Shown: positions 12,660 through 25,779, counted from the first letter of the stretch. The stretch: 64,000 nucleotides of DNA from Phoronis australis (GCA_002633005.1 NMRA01000028.1:1201556-1265555), one strand, 5' to 3'. The notes: generated from the letters alone by a model not told the origin. A program made the numbers and translations.

Positions 12660-12774
12660 CTCAGAGCATTGTTGGAGATCGAGGTAGACCAACTTTGGCA
12701 TCTTCTCAGGAATTGCTTGTAAACACTCTCCCTTTAATTTGACTATTCCAAGCAAATTCAGGTAAATGAGATTA
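12660..12774 (-). CDS. FBXL exon (NLIYLNLLGIVKLKGECLQAIPEKMPKLVYLDLQQCSE)
   Basis: tttttttcag acceptor, GAG|GTATTT donor; cysteine-containing LRRs; phases 2-0. Confidence 0.85.
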
Positions 12775-13550
12775 CTGAAAAAAGATTGACAAATAAGAAA
12801 TTATTGATACAATAGATGTCAATCAGCGTGAGCAGTACCTACTAGCTAGAATAACAAAATTTTTCACTTTTAAATACCCATATTTGGCTTCATGCCCACT
12901 CCCAATTTGTTCATCCTTCCTTGAAAGCGACTGTGTCTTCCTAAACACCTGCCTCAAACACAGCACAGAAACCTTTTTAACCTTGAGTAACAAACTCAGT
13001 ATCTGTACCATGGTGCCTTATCGGTGTGGGGAAATGAAAGTATCTCAAACACTTATATTTGACTCTTTCACATGAGTCTGACCTGAATGTGACTGCATGA
13101 GGCATTTACCTGCATGAACAGTCAAGTGCCCAAAAATTTTGTTGCAAGCATCTGCACTTGGTTAGACACTCACCCTCGGATTTTGGAGCTCCTTGGATGG
13201 TTGCAGTGCAGTGATTGTTTAAATTCGAATCGATACTATACTATTATTTAATTTTCAAGCATATGCATTTGTCAGATCAATTGATCCCCAACCTTTCAAA
13301 CTACAATCATAGCTTATATTGGCTGGGTAATGCTACAATAAAAACCGCCAGAATTCTTACGAGGCTACGCAAAATCTCACAACTAAACTCTATGTACATG
13401 GAGTATGGAAAAATACCATAACAAGGTTGATTTGGCCAAAAATATGACCATATAAAGTCAAGTTTTTGCACAAAAGTTGACAGCACAGTTAATTTGGTTC
13501 GTTTTATACCCAATTAATTTTCTTAATAAAAGTAGTCTCACCAGAGTTCA

Positions 13551-14130
13551 ACACTGTTTTTGAGGGCCTCCACACATTCAGACTTCACTCGCTCGCTGTC
13601 TTTGAGGGCCTAAACACATTCACGCTTCATTCAGTCCCCCATCTTTGAGGGCCTCCAGACACTCAAACTTCATTCAGTCCCCCGTCTTTGAGGGCCTCCA
13701 GACACTCAAACTTCATTCAGTCTCCGTCTTTGAGGGCCTCCACACATTTTCACTTTATACATTTGCCGTCTTTTAGGGCCTCCACACATTCACTCCCTGT
13801 CTGTGATAGCCTCCACAGATTCACTCCCCATCTTTTAGGGCCTCCATACATCCACACTCCATTCACTACCTGTCTTAGAGGGCCTCCAAACCTCCAAACA
13901 TTCACACTTGATACACTCCCTGTCTATGAGGGCCCACACATTCACGCTTCATTCACTCCCTGTCTTTGAAGGCCTCCACACATTTGCACTTCATTCATTC
14001 ACCATCTTTGAAGGCCTCCACACATTCACACTTTATTCACTCAATGTCTTTGAGGTCCTCCACACATTCAAACTTCATTTACTCACTGTCTTTGAGGGCC
14101 TCGGCACATTCACAGTTTATTCACTCCCCT
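13551..14130 (+). repeat. ~37-42-bp minisatellite (gtctttgagggcctccacacattcacacttcattcactccct), ~14 copies, FBXL intron
   Basis: Directly visible tandem units. Confidence 0.9.
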
Positions 14131-14298
14131 TGACACACTAACGTCAAGACTTTGAAGACAGGAATATAACAGACCAAGCATACTGACAAACACAGGACTA
14201 GAGCCGTGACCTCACACACAACTGCCAACAGTTCAAGTCTCAGCTACTTTCCTCTCCCTAATATAACTCAGGCTTAGTGAAGCACCTGTGATACCTAC

Positions 14299-14385
14299 CT
14301 GCAGTTATCCACTATTGCACTCAATCCAACATCTGTGATTTCCCAACACCAACAAAGAGATAGCCGCTTCAGACTTGATTGACAA
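14299..14385 (-). CDS. FBXL exon (CQSSLKRLSLCWCWEITDVGLSAIVDNC)
   Basis: ctatttcag acceptor, AG|GTAGGT donor; canonical LRR_CC motif LxxLxLxxCxxITDxG. Confidence 0.9.
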
Positions 14386-14681
14386 CTGAAATAGTATCAA
14401 CTCTCTTCTTTTGTAGAGATAGAAAAGACATAGTATGACTAAGTTAGGTTTTGAAATGTTAGTCCACTAATACACTTGTGAGGTGAGTTTAACAAGCGCA
14501 AACCGGCACACTTACCATGCAAAACAGGATTGTTGCATTGGTATTGTGTGTGGTAAGGTTTCTTTGTGCACAATTAGAATTAACGCGATGAGTGGAAAAA
14601 AAATTGTGGATAAAGGCACTACCATGGTAAGGGGTTTAATTGGCATTAAGCATTCTGTTCCATGGCCTGAGTGATCTTTAA

Positions 14682-15101
14682 AGCCTAACTGCAATGGAAT
14701 TTTGTTATTCTAGATGTATTGGGCTAACCAGGTAGTCCTTGCAAAGCCTTAACGAAATAAGAAAACGTGAGTTTAATCAAGCAAATGTTGGCCCGTCAAA
14801 TGATAGCTAAAGCCGTCTTTTCAAGCCATATTGCATCACCGCGAGATCCCTGCACAAACAACAAAAGGTCGATAACTGTTGTATTCAATAGGGGTCTGAA
14901 TAGAACACCATTGCATGCAGGTATTATTCGTAGTTGTTCAAATTAAAAGGTGATTTTTGCAATGACGTATACAAAAAACAAACCAATACGCCTAACAGTT
15001 CGTTACATTTGGCAACTCAGTATGGTATGAGTGGGCTCAGAGTGATGCTCTTAATATACTGTAGGATCCAAATTTACAGGTGTTACTGTTCAAGATAGGC
15101 T
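14682..15101 (+). mobile_element. TTAA-TSD MITE, copy 3 (more diverged)
   Basis: TTAA-AGCCTAACTGCAA...CAAGATAGGCT-TCAA. Confidence 0.8.
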
Positions 15102-15364
15102 TCAAATTGTGAAAAGGACTCCATAACCACCGGGTTTTTGTACTTCTTCTAAGTATACATTGGTAACTGCAAATAACATACATATATACAAACAAACTTT
15201 ATACTTTAGACTCAAATGTTGATAAAAGTCACATAAAAAATTTAAGAACACAAAATACAATAAATTCTGTGCTGGAGATAGGTTACAGTTTTGTCTACGG
15301 GGCATTTTTATTATCTGTGAATAATTACAATATACATGATTTTGTATGTACGCCAGATATTTAC

Positions 15365-15528
15365 CATTGAGCAAGTTTTACAACAGCTTCATCGCGGATA
15401 TCAGAACACTCAGTAAGGTCAATAGTATTGATGTAACGTAAACCACCAGGCTGGAATAATGAAGTCAAACCTTCTGATGTAAACCTTTTGCCTTTCTTGA
15501 GCTTCAAACGATTTAGTTTAGAAAGACA
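15365..15528 (-). CDS. FBXL exon (CLSKLNRLKLKKGKRFTSEGL...IDLTECSDIRDEAVVKLAQ)
   Basis: ttttcattgcag acceptor, TG|GTAAAT donor; LRR pattern; phases 0-2. Confidence 0.88.
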
Positions 15529-15595
15529 CTGCAATGAAAAAAGAGTTTGACTGAAACTTTAAGTGAAGGATTTGCAAACAAGACAGATAAGCATT

Positions 15596-16805
15596 ACAAG
15601 AACAACGCGGAGCGTTGAAATGCGCCCACGAATGCACCGCAAATGGTATGCTTCTAGGGATGTTTATTTGGAACATACAAATGGCCACTAGATGTCGCAA
15701 AATACGTCGAATCCATCTGAAAACTGGTACATGTTATCGGCGCTATTTACCAAATGTCATAAAAATCCATCAGGGAACTTCTAAGAAATTGAGGAAAAAA
15801 AAAATTACATTGCCACAAAGAGGCTATAGGCGCAAAAAACATAACTGCCACTAAGAGGTGCCACAGTAGCTGAAGTTGTCAGAAAATGATTGTTAGACTT
15901 CCACATCACATTGGGAACATACATACCAATTTCCAAAACCATCCTTAGAGTGGTTTGGGTGACAGAAGGGCAGACGCCAAATAACAGAACTCGAAAACAG
16001 TAAAAATGGCCACTAGGTGGTGCAAAATACCACGAATCAAACCGAAAACCGAAGCATAGCGTCGATTCACTAATAGATGCCCATCTGCCAAATTTTATGA
16101 AAATCCGATGAGGACCTTTGAAGATAGAGGTAAATGTTAAAAACTAAAATTGCCACTAGGGGGCACACCGGTAGCCCGATCCGTCCGAAAGTCGTGGTCC
16201 TTTGTTGTCAACTTCATATGAATATACCAGCAAAATTCAATAAAGATCCTGTAGAGCGTTTAGGGAATACAGCCATGGGCGCAAAAACAAACAAAACTGC
16301 CACTAGGAGGCACCACAATTGTCAAAGTCGTGGGAAAATCATCGTCAGCTGTCTTCGTCACAGTAAGAGCATATAAGTCAATTTTCAAAATCACCCCTAG
16401 AGCAGTTTGGTTGATAGAAGGGCAGATGCCAAAAACAGTAAAAATGGCCACTAGGTGGTGCAAAGTACTGCGAATCAGTCCGAAAACAGGAGGATAGCAT
16501 CAACTCACTAATAGATGCCTTAAAAAAACTGCCAAATTTTATGAAAATCTGTTGAGGACCTCTGACGATACAGAGGTAAGCATAAAAAACTAAAATTGCC
16601 ACTAAGGGGCACACCGGTAGACAGAGAGGTCCGAAATTCACCGCCATCTGTCGTCAGCTTCATATAAACACATATGCCAAATCTCATCAAGATCCTGTGA
16701 GGGGTTTAGGAGATACAGCTGCGGTCGCTGGACAACGCACGATGGATGCCTAGACAGAGATGACGGCAATACACAACCACATATAAATATATGAGCGCAT
16801 AAAAA
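15596..16805 (-). mobile_element. HINE copy 2 (FBXL intron)
   Basis: Same termini (acaagaacaacgcggagcgttgaaatgcgccc ... gagcgcataaaaa) and core repeats. Confidence 0.82.
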
Positions 16806-17059
16806 CTGATATGAATTAATATTTTTTCAGTAAACAGAAAAATATTTGTTTTCACAGAAAAAAATATCATATCCAAAAATGCAACGCTTTTCATTGAGGC
16901 AATTTAAAATTGAATGAAAACACATATTAACAAATAGTCAATATCCACACCAACTGAAAAATTTACTGCTGAAAATTGAAAGTCAACGACAAACACCTCT
17001 AGTAAACAAGTCAGAGCAACATGGTGTATTGATATGTGACCACTGTCTGATCCTACATA

Positions 17060-17492
17060 GTGTTAAGGAGAAGCAGCCATGGGCGCAAAAAACAAAACTG
17101 CCATTAGGACGTGCCACAGTAGTTGAAGTTGTCAGAAAATCATTGTCATCTGTCCTCTTCATAGTAACAACATACATGCCAATTTTCACAGTCATTCTTA
17201 GAGTGGTTTGGTTGATATAGGGGCAGATGCCAAATTTCATGAAAACCAGTGGAGGACCTTTGAAGATACAGAGGCAAATGTTAAAAAATGCCACAATACC
17301 ACGAAGGGGCACAGCGGTATTCGGGTTGGTCTGAAACTCGTCGCCCTCTGTCGTATACCCCATAGGAACACACCTGGCAAATTTCATTAAGATCCTGCAA
17401 GAGGTTTAGGTGATACAGCCACGGATGTCAGACGCCCGGACAGAGATGACAGCAATATGCACCCACATATAAATATGTGGGTGTATAAAAAA
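17060..17492 (-). mobile_element. Truncated HINE copy
   Basis: Core repeats plus terminal atgcacccacatataaatatgtgggtgtataaaaa; the other end is missing. Confidence 0.7.
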
Positions 17493-18219
17493 GCAATAAA
17501 ATAGCAAACAGGCAATGCAGAATAGGTTAAATCCATCTGACAATGAACATATGCCACTGTCTCTTTCATAGAAACTAATTTGCTGGAATTCAGATCTAAC
17601 AAGGAACTTGGTAGATATTGAGGGATACAGTTACCATTAGAGGGATACAGTTACCATTAGGGGTTGAGACTAAAACCACTCATCCCACAATCACTGTCAA
17701 CAATGCTCTCCTCAATAACAACAACACGTAGCCAAAAGTTCACGAACATCATCAAGGAACTTGATAGATTTTGAGACAGAAGCTAAAAACCTAATCGACA
17801 CTAGAAGTCGCTTTAGCAGTCAGACGTGGCTGAAAATTTTAATTATTAATTGTGCTCTCATCAAAAGACCAAATTTCGCGAAGATCCATAAGGATGAACA
17901 GGGTAGATGCTGAGGCATAAACTTGCTGATGAATGTGACTGACAGATGATGCCAGAATAGTTAAATTATTTCAAAGCCATGATCTTTGTGAACTAAAAAG
18001 CCTGAGGCTATATATTTCAAAAGCAAGAGTGCTAGGAGCTGAAACTTTATCATTGTAAAGTTGTAATGTGAACTGCATTATGAGGCCAAAGCCTACATAC
18101 AATAAACATTTCTGATTATGATCCTGAGTGTTAGGCAGAGAAAAAAGGCCACCAGGGGTCCCTTAATAAACTGAATCTGTCCAAAACTGGAAAGGTATCA
18201 CAGTTGTTCCAATAGAAAC

Positions 18220-18484
18220 ATAATTGCCAAATACCAAGGAAATTCATCACCGACGGAACTTGTTTTTTGTTTTGGAACTTGGAAAATAATGAGTCAAATG
18301 TAAAATAAAAATAGCCACTATAAGCACAGCGGTCGCCTAATCGAGATGAAACTCAGCGACATCTGTTGTCACCTTCATAACAATGTCCCCTTAATCTGAA
18401 TGAGTTTAGGAAATAGTAGATGCCAGATGCCCACACATAGATGATGGCAATATACAGATGTATATGCATGTGGGTACATAAAAA
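18220..18484 (-). mobile_element. Highly decayed HINE remnant
   Basis: gatgatggcaatatac...tgtgggtacataaaaa terminus and a degenerate aaatagccactata unit. Confidence 0.45.
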
Positions 18485-18704
18485 CAAGCAAATATATGTT
18501 TTAACAGTATGTTGACAGCAATGGCAGAATACTTAATCCATATAAACATTACACAATAATCAATCCATGTAAACAATACATAATAATTAATCCATATAAA
18601 CATTACATAACACAGTCAAATTTAAGAGTAAGTGCTAGGCAAAGAAATGAGATGCAACCCATGCTCTATATTACAGACGCGGATATGTTAGACATAAAAA
18701 GTAC

Positions 18705-18873
18705 TTTAATTTTCTGAAGCGTGGCATCTGTCAGTAATTCAGCAAATGAGATTGCAAATGCCTGAAGGTTTTCACAAGACGGAAGATCTTGAAATGCATC
18801 ATCGGTCAAACCTTCACCATCTAACTGCAGACACGTGATCTTGTGGTGACGTCTCAGAAGTACTTTGACAGCA
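18705..18873 (-). CDS. FBXL exon (AVKVLLRRHHKITCLQLDGEGLTDDAF...LLTDATLQKIK)
   Basis: ttttctcctttag acceptor; LRR pattern; weak donor AAA|GTACTT required by phase. Confidence 0.82.
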
Positions 18874-18909
18874 CTAAAGGAGAAAAATACGGGCCGCGTT
18901 ATACTAATT

Positions 18910-20406
18910 ACAAGAGCAACGCAGAGCGTTGAAATGCACCCACAATTGCACCGTATACGGTATCCTTCTAGGGTTGTTTATTGGTACCATAAATTTGGCC
19001 AGTAGATGGCATATATGTAGTATGTTGCACTTTGCAAAATGGAAAGACATGGTCATTGTCTCCTCAATAGGCTAGGGGCAAAATGTGAGTGATCTTCATA
19101 ATACAAACACATCCTATACATCAGTTGCTTAAAGCACCACAGAAACATACAATTAAAAACAAATTTATCAACATACGAGATTAGCACAGCATTAGAATGC
19201 CAGAAACAAATTTCTACTTGGAACTTTTCCTTCATAGTCACGAAGTGACACAAAGTATACACCTGAAGACCTATGAAAATACAGAGGTCAATGTAAAATA
19301 CTAAAATTGCCACTAGAGGCATACCGGTAGTCAGAATCATCCTAAAGTCGTCATCGTCCGTAGTCAACATCACATAAATACACTTGCTAAATTTAGTAAA
19401 GATTCTGCAAATGGTTTGGGACATACAGCCATGGGCTCAAAAAAAAACTGCCACTAGGAGGCGCCTAAGTAATCAAAGTCATGGGAAATTCAGCATCAAC
19501 CGTCCTCTTCATAGTAAGAACATACATGCCAATTTTCACAATCATACTTAGAGCGGTTTGGTTGATAGAGGGCTGGACGCCAAAAAACAGACTCAAAAAC
19601 AGTAAAAATGGCCACTGGGTGTCGCAAACTAGGTCGAATCCATCCGAAAACGGGAGGATAGTGTCATTGCACTAATAGGTGCCTACATACCAAATTTCAT
19701 GAAAATCCGTTAAGGACTTGTGAAGATACAGAGGTAAACGTAAAAAAATAAAATTGCCACTAGGAGGTACACTGGTAGGCGGATCCGTCCAAAAGTCGTC
19801 ATCGTCTATCATATAAATACACTTATCAAATTTCTTAAAGATCCTGCGGACGGTTTAGGAGATACAGCTATAGGCGCAAAAAAAGACAGAACTGCCACTA
19901 GGAGGCGCCACAGTAGTCCAAATCTTCTAAAAATCATTGTCAGCTGTCCTCTTTAAAGTAAGCACATACATGCCAATTTTCACAATCATCCTTTGAGCGG
20001 TTTGGTTGATAGAAGGGTGGACGCCAAAAAACAGACTCAAAAACAGTAAAAATGGCCACTGGGTGTCGCAAACTAGGTCGAATCCATCCGAAAACGGGAG
20101 GAAAGCGTCATCGCACTAATAGGTGCCTACATACCAAATTTCATGAAAATCTGTTAAGGACTTGTGAAGATACAAAGGTAAGCGTAAAAAACTAAAATTG
20201 CCACTAGGGGGCTCACCGGTAGTCGGATCCGTCCGAAAGTTCGCACATGCCGTCCCATTCATGAATGGAACATATGTGCCAAATTTCATGAACGTATGTC
20301 AAAGGGTTTTGGAGATAAAGCAGCGGACGCCGGACGGACGCCACCCGGATGGATGGACGGAGATGACGGCATAATGCGTCCACAATATAAATATGTGGGC
20401 GCATAA
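18910..20406 (-). mobile_element. HINE copy 3, near-identical to copy 1 plus one extra ~445-bp trimer
   Basis: 18910-19465 matches 9144-9730; 19892-20406 matches 9711-10234. Confidence 0.88.
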
Positions 20407-21066
20407 TAATACAGCACACGTCAAAAGTATTCAGGCAAAATGACCCAGAATTGCCTGGTCACGATGTCTGAACAGAAACAATATTCATCACGAGAGTGGT
20501 CTATCTTCATGATTAAGCCTGATGGGTAATTCACAGTATGTTAGTACGGTGGCTAAGCTGTTTTGTAATCATAAGTTTGCCCCCATAATTGTTAGTACTA
20601 TTCATTTTTGTTATTGACATAGTTAGCAGTCATGAAGGGAAATGGAACTTTGTCCAATCACTTTGTAATCTAGTGTAATTGTGCATTGACAGAAGGAGTA
20701 TGTTTCTTGAGCTAACACTCAACATTCTCTTAGTACTTCAACCATAAGCCAGAGATACATGAAAATGACTTCCACTGTAATAAAATAGCCTGGAGTTACT
20801 GTACTGTATTTAAAAGAACATTTGCGCAGGAGTATCTTGTTTCTGGTTAATTTGCTCACCAGTAAAGTCACACTAATGTGACTACCAGTGAAATATGCTG
20901 CAACTGGTCCTAATCAGTAGCTCCCAAATTATTTCAAGATTCACTAAACCCAGTTTAAGTAACGCATTAAAAGACTAGCAACAAATACTTGCATGAAAGA
21001 CTAAACTTTTTGAAGAATTTAGACTCTAAAACCAGGGGAGGCATCAGACATGTGACATGCACTTAC

Positions 21067-22604
21067 TTATCAGTGACCCAGGAAACACCATCCAAACTCA
21101 GAGTCTCTATAACTTCTACGTTTTCAGCGATGCAAATGACACTCTCATCGCCTAGTTTCTCACAGTGAGTCAAATCAAAATGTCTCAGCTTGCCAAGATG
21201 ACACAGATGCTTAACACATTCATGGTTGATGAGAGGACAGCCTTCAATATTAATCGACTGTAAACCTCGACAATGTTTCGCGATAACTTCTAAAAAATAG
21301 CTGTGAACACTGTCACAGAATCCCAAATCAAGATGTTCCAGCTGGGGACAGTTTGTGACTAGCGAGTTCACCTCGTATACAGAGAGGTCCCTGCGACCGT
21401 GCAAGGACAGCCTCTTGAGTAGTGGAGCTCGTTGAAACAAACTACAGAGAGTTGACGTCTCTATGTGTTGGTGGAAATTCAGATAAAGATGATGCCAGAG
21501 AACAGGTTCATACGCAAACTGTTTCCATTTCTTACATACCAGAGCGAGAGTTCCACAGAGTTCTTGTGGTGTGAAGTAAGAAAAGATGAATAATACTATC
21601 TCGGCCGGGAGATCACAAAAAGTCAAGCAATTGGAAATGAAATCTGGACATGATAAACTCTCTCTTGAGAATTCCGAGTAAGAATATCGTGAAGAACTGC
21701 ACATGATTGTTTCTGATGACAGTTTGTACGATGATGTGAGATGGGAGACTCTTTGTTCATCTCTATCAACCTGGGTATTTTGTCTATTCGATGGGTCTAT
21801 AAACTCCACAGATGATAGCACTATTGTAGGTGCACAAACTTCTAGTGACTCGGGAACCACAATATTTGATTTGTCTGCTGTAGCTGAACAGTGTGTTGAA
21901 TTCCTGCCAACAGGTTCTGGTAAAACACCAGAATCGTCTTCATCTGAACTATTTAAACTTTCTAAATCTTGCACAATCACATGTTCCCCTTTCCATGGCG
22001 TCACACTAGTTCTACCACAAACATTAAATAACTTTTCCTGGTGTTTTCCAAAGACTGAACTCTCATCTGAATCTTCTCCATCACCGCAGTATGGCCGCAA
22101 GCTAGGGAAGACATTGGAATCATCTTCCCTTTCAGTTTTCACAACAATGTCATCAACTTCTCCAGATGTTTGAGAAACAGCATTGCACAAAGTGTCAGTA
22201 GAATTTTCTAATGATTCTCTCCAACAGGTAGTAGTTGGCAAAGAATAATTTACACTCCTGGGTTTTGTTTTCCAAGCTGCATCTGATGGTTCTAAAGTAA
22301 ACGTTTCAAGAGACTGCTCAGATAACGAATGACAGAAATCTTGTAGGATGTTGGCCTGCACAACAACAGATTTTTCTGGAAGCTCCGAGGAAAACACAAC
22401 ATGAGCCTGAAGCATGCGTTCAGCATCTAGCTCTGATCTGGAGTTAAACAGACTGCTGTCACATTCTAGTTCTTCCTGATGACAGTTACAGGCTTCTTCT
22501 TTAGATTGTACACACGATGACCCAGACCTGTTTTGATCAGCACTCATCACTACTAAGTTATTACCAAGCCATGGTGGTCTGTCCCTCTGTGTTACACTTT
22601 GACT
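21067..22604 (-). CDS. FBXL large exon: long S/E/D-rich N-terminal region, F-box (LPAEIVLFIFSYF...VCKKWK) and first LRRs
   Basis: ORF 21063..22619; tattttccag acceptor, AA|GTAAGT donor. Confidence 0.93.
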
Positions 22605-23199
22605 CTGGAAAATATACAATGAAACAAGTCACTTTTATCATTATTCAATAGTGCATCCTGATACAAAACAATTTATAAAACCTGTAAGAATGTGTGTGAT
22701 GATCCCTGTGGTTATTGTACATTGAGAATTGTGAGATGCAAGTCAATTTCAATGAGGGCAAAGCCTGAGTTGAAATCGACTTTGGGCACATCACAAATTA
22801 AGTAAGATAAAATAACATGGCTATCACATATGTTGTATAACATATTGATCATACGATAAAAGTTCTCAAGTTTGGGACAGTGAAAAAATTATTATTTGTG
22901 TCAAAGTTGGAGCTTGTGTCAAAATTTAGAAATAAGCCTCATTGGCCATCCCAAATTCAAGAAACATGAGAAAGACGAATTTTGCATTAGCAGCTATTTT
23001 TGATGATTTTAACTCAGACAGGGTACTCTGGCTGTACAGAACACACAAGCATGCTTTCAGAACACATCAGAGAATATAAGCAACAGGCCAAAAACTTAGC
23101 AATCATATGGCTGAACACAGCAAACGCCTACAGATCTATGCCTCATCTGTTGCCATGAGGATCTTCTATATACCAGAGAAAGCTCATTAAATACTTATT

Positions 23200-23640
23200 C
23201 ACAACTGCTTCCAGAGCATACGGATGAGATTCACTGTGGAGGACTTCACGACAAACTGGTAGCCGTTGGAGAAGGATATTTTGACCGGCTGCACTACATG
23301 TATATCCATTATATTGTTTGTGATGGGGATGAACATCTCGATATCAAAAGGCAGCAGAGAATGCAGAGGTCCAATGTTCCAAGGGTCAAGACTACCAGTT
23401 GTCAAGGAATTTGTGGATGTCCTAACCATTACTGCCAACTTCACAGTCGGAGCAGCATGGGTGCTGAAGAAGTTGGCAGATTAGTTGGAATGGTGGGACT
23501 GAAGTTCAAGGTCACCAAATCAAGGAGTCTGGTGTTGACGAAAGAGAGAATTTGCCACCACAATACTTTCAGCATCGATGTCGAACCAAGAAGCCTTTAA
23601 AATACTGAGGCAAGAACTATATTGAGGTACTCCACCAAGT
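23200..23640 (+). mobile_element. Decayed reverse-transcriptase fragment of a Hero/NeSL-like non-LTR retrotransposon
   Basis: LEKDILTGCT..SIILFVMGMN..RECRGP...EFVDVLTIT...GAAWVLKKL...KFKVTKSRSLVL matches the GIxxGCTISxILF / RAFMDDLT / FKPxKSRSLVL motifs; stops and frameshifts. Confidence 0.72.
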
Positions 23641-24369
23641 TTTACAGGTGTGGGTCTATATAGCCTAGGCTCATGCTACACTTTTAAAGGTATTAGCCAA
23701 AATGACTAAAGCATCTGAAAACTTTTAGCCTTAATCAAAATACTTTCTCTTTCCCAACACAGTTGCACAGACCGAACATTTTAGTTTTCCATGTTATGCA
23801 CACTCCGACTCTTTTCATAAATGTAATATAAGAAAACATCTTTACCTTAAGAAAAAATAAAACAAATAATCAACATTCCAAGGTCATATAGCAACCTAAT
23901 AAGTTTGAGAGGATATTACCAACACGAGTTTCATTATGACCTAAAAAGTATGCACCGGATTCCACCTATACCCGAGTTACTGCGTGTGTATGCTGGCAAT
24001 ATGGGTGTTTAAATAATGTTGACCTTAAAAAATTGGGCAGGAGTTCCCCCTATCCCCAGTTACGGCGGAGGTAGGCTGGTCAAATGGACACTTCATTGAT
24101 GTTGACCTAAAAAAATTGAGTAGGGATTCTGCTGTATCCCGGGGTTACAGCGGGGGAACGCCAGCTAACGTGGACATTTTGATGAGCAAGACATTTAGGT
24201 CCAAAAACATTAACATAGCTTGTGACATGCAAATAAAGCTAAATCGTGCTGAGTAATGAATATAAAACTCATTACGGAAGTAAAAAATTGGTATTTTCTT
24301 TACCTTGCTTTCTTTCGGCCACTACCAACATACAAACACATCCCAGTCTCAATAACTTTTTAGGAGCTC

Positions 24370-24690
24370 CCTTGATATTGGGGCCGAATATCGACCCCAA
24401 TCCCCTCTGAAAGATGATTGAAAAATCACGCGAAATTCCCCTCATGAGGTCCAAAAATTCCCCTAAAGTAATTGAAAATTCCCCTCGAGGTTTGAACAAT
24501 TTGTAACTCACACAGGTCGCAATTTGAAAGAGCGCAAAATGTTACTTTTGGCTACTTGAGGCAGAGCCTATGAGGGCTTGCAACAGGGTGGGGGCTGCTG
24601 TTGATGGTGATCAGCAGGTAGAATTTTCCCCTCACCCCAAAAAAATCCCCTCTCACAAGGCACCTTTCCTCTCAGATAAACCAGGCCTTG
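24370..24690 (-). mobile_element. Partial hAT-like non-autonomous end with AATTCCCCT subterminal repeats
   Basis: Several aattcccct motifs and a caggcc terminus; the other end was not found. Confidence 0.35.
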
Positions 24691-25779
24691 TTTTTACACT
24701 TGTGACATTTAGCGAGCTGCCTAGGTATGACATGTGACGTATTTTAATTTAAAAATAGATAACAAACTCATTCTTCCCACTGTTGTCCGAGCCTTTTAGT
24801 CCTTGAAAACAAAACTTGTCAGTGTCAAGTCTCAAAAATATTTGAGACGACAAAGTGTGCGCTGAAAATTGGTAAAGTTCGTAATGAATTAGGAGAGATT
24901 TTTGAACCTTGAGTTCATATTGCATGTTTGAGACAGTTAAACTCTGTTCAGTATTAAAATACTGTCGGACCCGCTCACACCACGTCGCCAGTGTAAAATG
25001 TTATAAAGAGAGACTGGGTCGCCTTTGATGCCAAAAACTAATATTCTATTCATTGTTCTGACATTGTCACTTGCAGACAACAAGCAGCAACACCTACACT
25101 AGATCTCGATATGAAGCGAGAAATTGCCATATAATTACAAAGAGCGCTGACCCCTCCCCCTTACACAGTTGAATATTTCGTTTCTGTAAAAGAGTGATTT
25201 CAGGGGGAGTGACGGACATGAAATGGAACATTCGCTTGCTGTTTTTAGGACTCCGAATCGAATAATGTCGTTTGCGGCACGACTTGATTCGAGATGACTG
25301 TGAGTTTACATGAGAGTAGGTTTCCTGAAATTAATTTTACTGTCAAGTTGCAAAAGCTCAACCATCATCAGTGCTGCTCACAATTCACCAATGGCAAGCT
25401 GGCATGCGGCTATCGAGAGCCTAGAGTGGTATTGTGATCAGTCTGAAACTTGTCGTAACTCGTCAAGCAGTGATGAGATTGAGAACATCATTGTGGCCTT
25501 TCTGACAGATTTCATTGAAGATGGATAGTGGTATATTCTAAAATGTCATGTACGCCATAAAAATAACACTTCACCCTGGCTAAACCACCAGTCGCGTTAC
25601 TATAAATACCTTTTGAGCTTAGATGGACACCTTTGAAAGATGCAGAGTATTTACATCGTTCCAACAAATACTATATCAATAAACATTTTTTCCAAATAGC
25701 TCTTCATTCTGCCAACAAAACTGAAGACAGAACTCAATGTGCCAGAGGTCAAACAGAAATGTACACATGCAGTGTTATG

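Noticed and set aside
9288-19424. Duplicated ORFs 9288..9557 and 19053..19424 as paralogous genes
   Set aside because: Both lie within HINE copies; the similarity reflects the repeat
21703-22173. 156-aa plus-strand ORF
   Set aside because: Antisense shadow of the FBXL large exon
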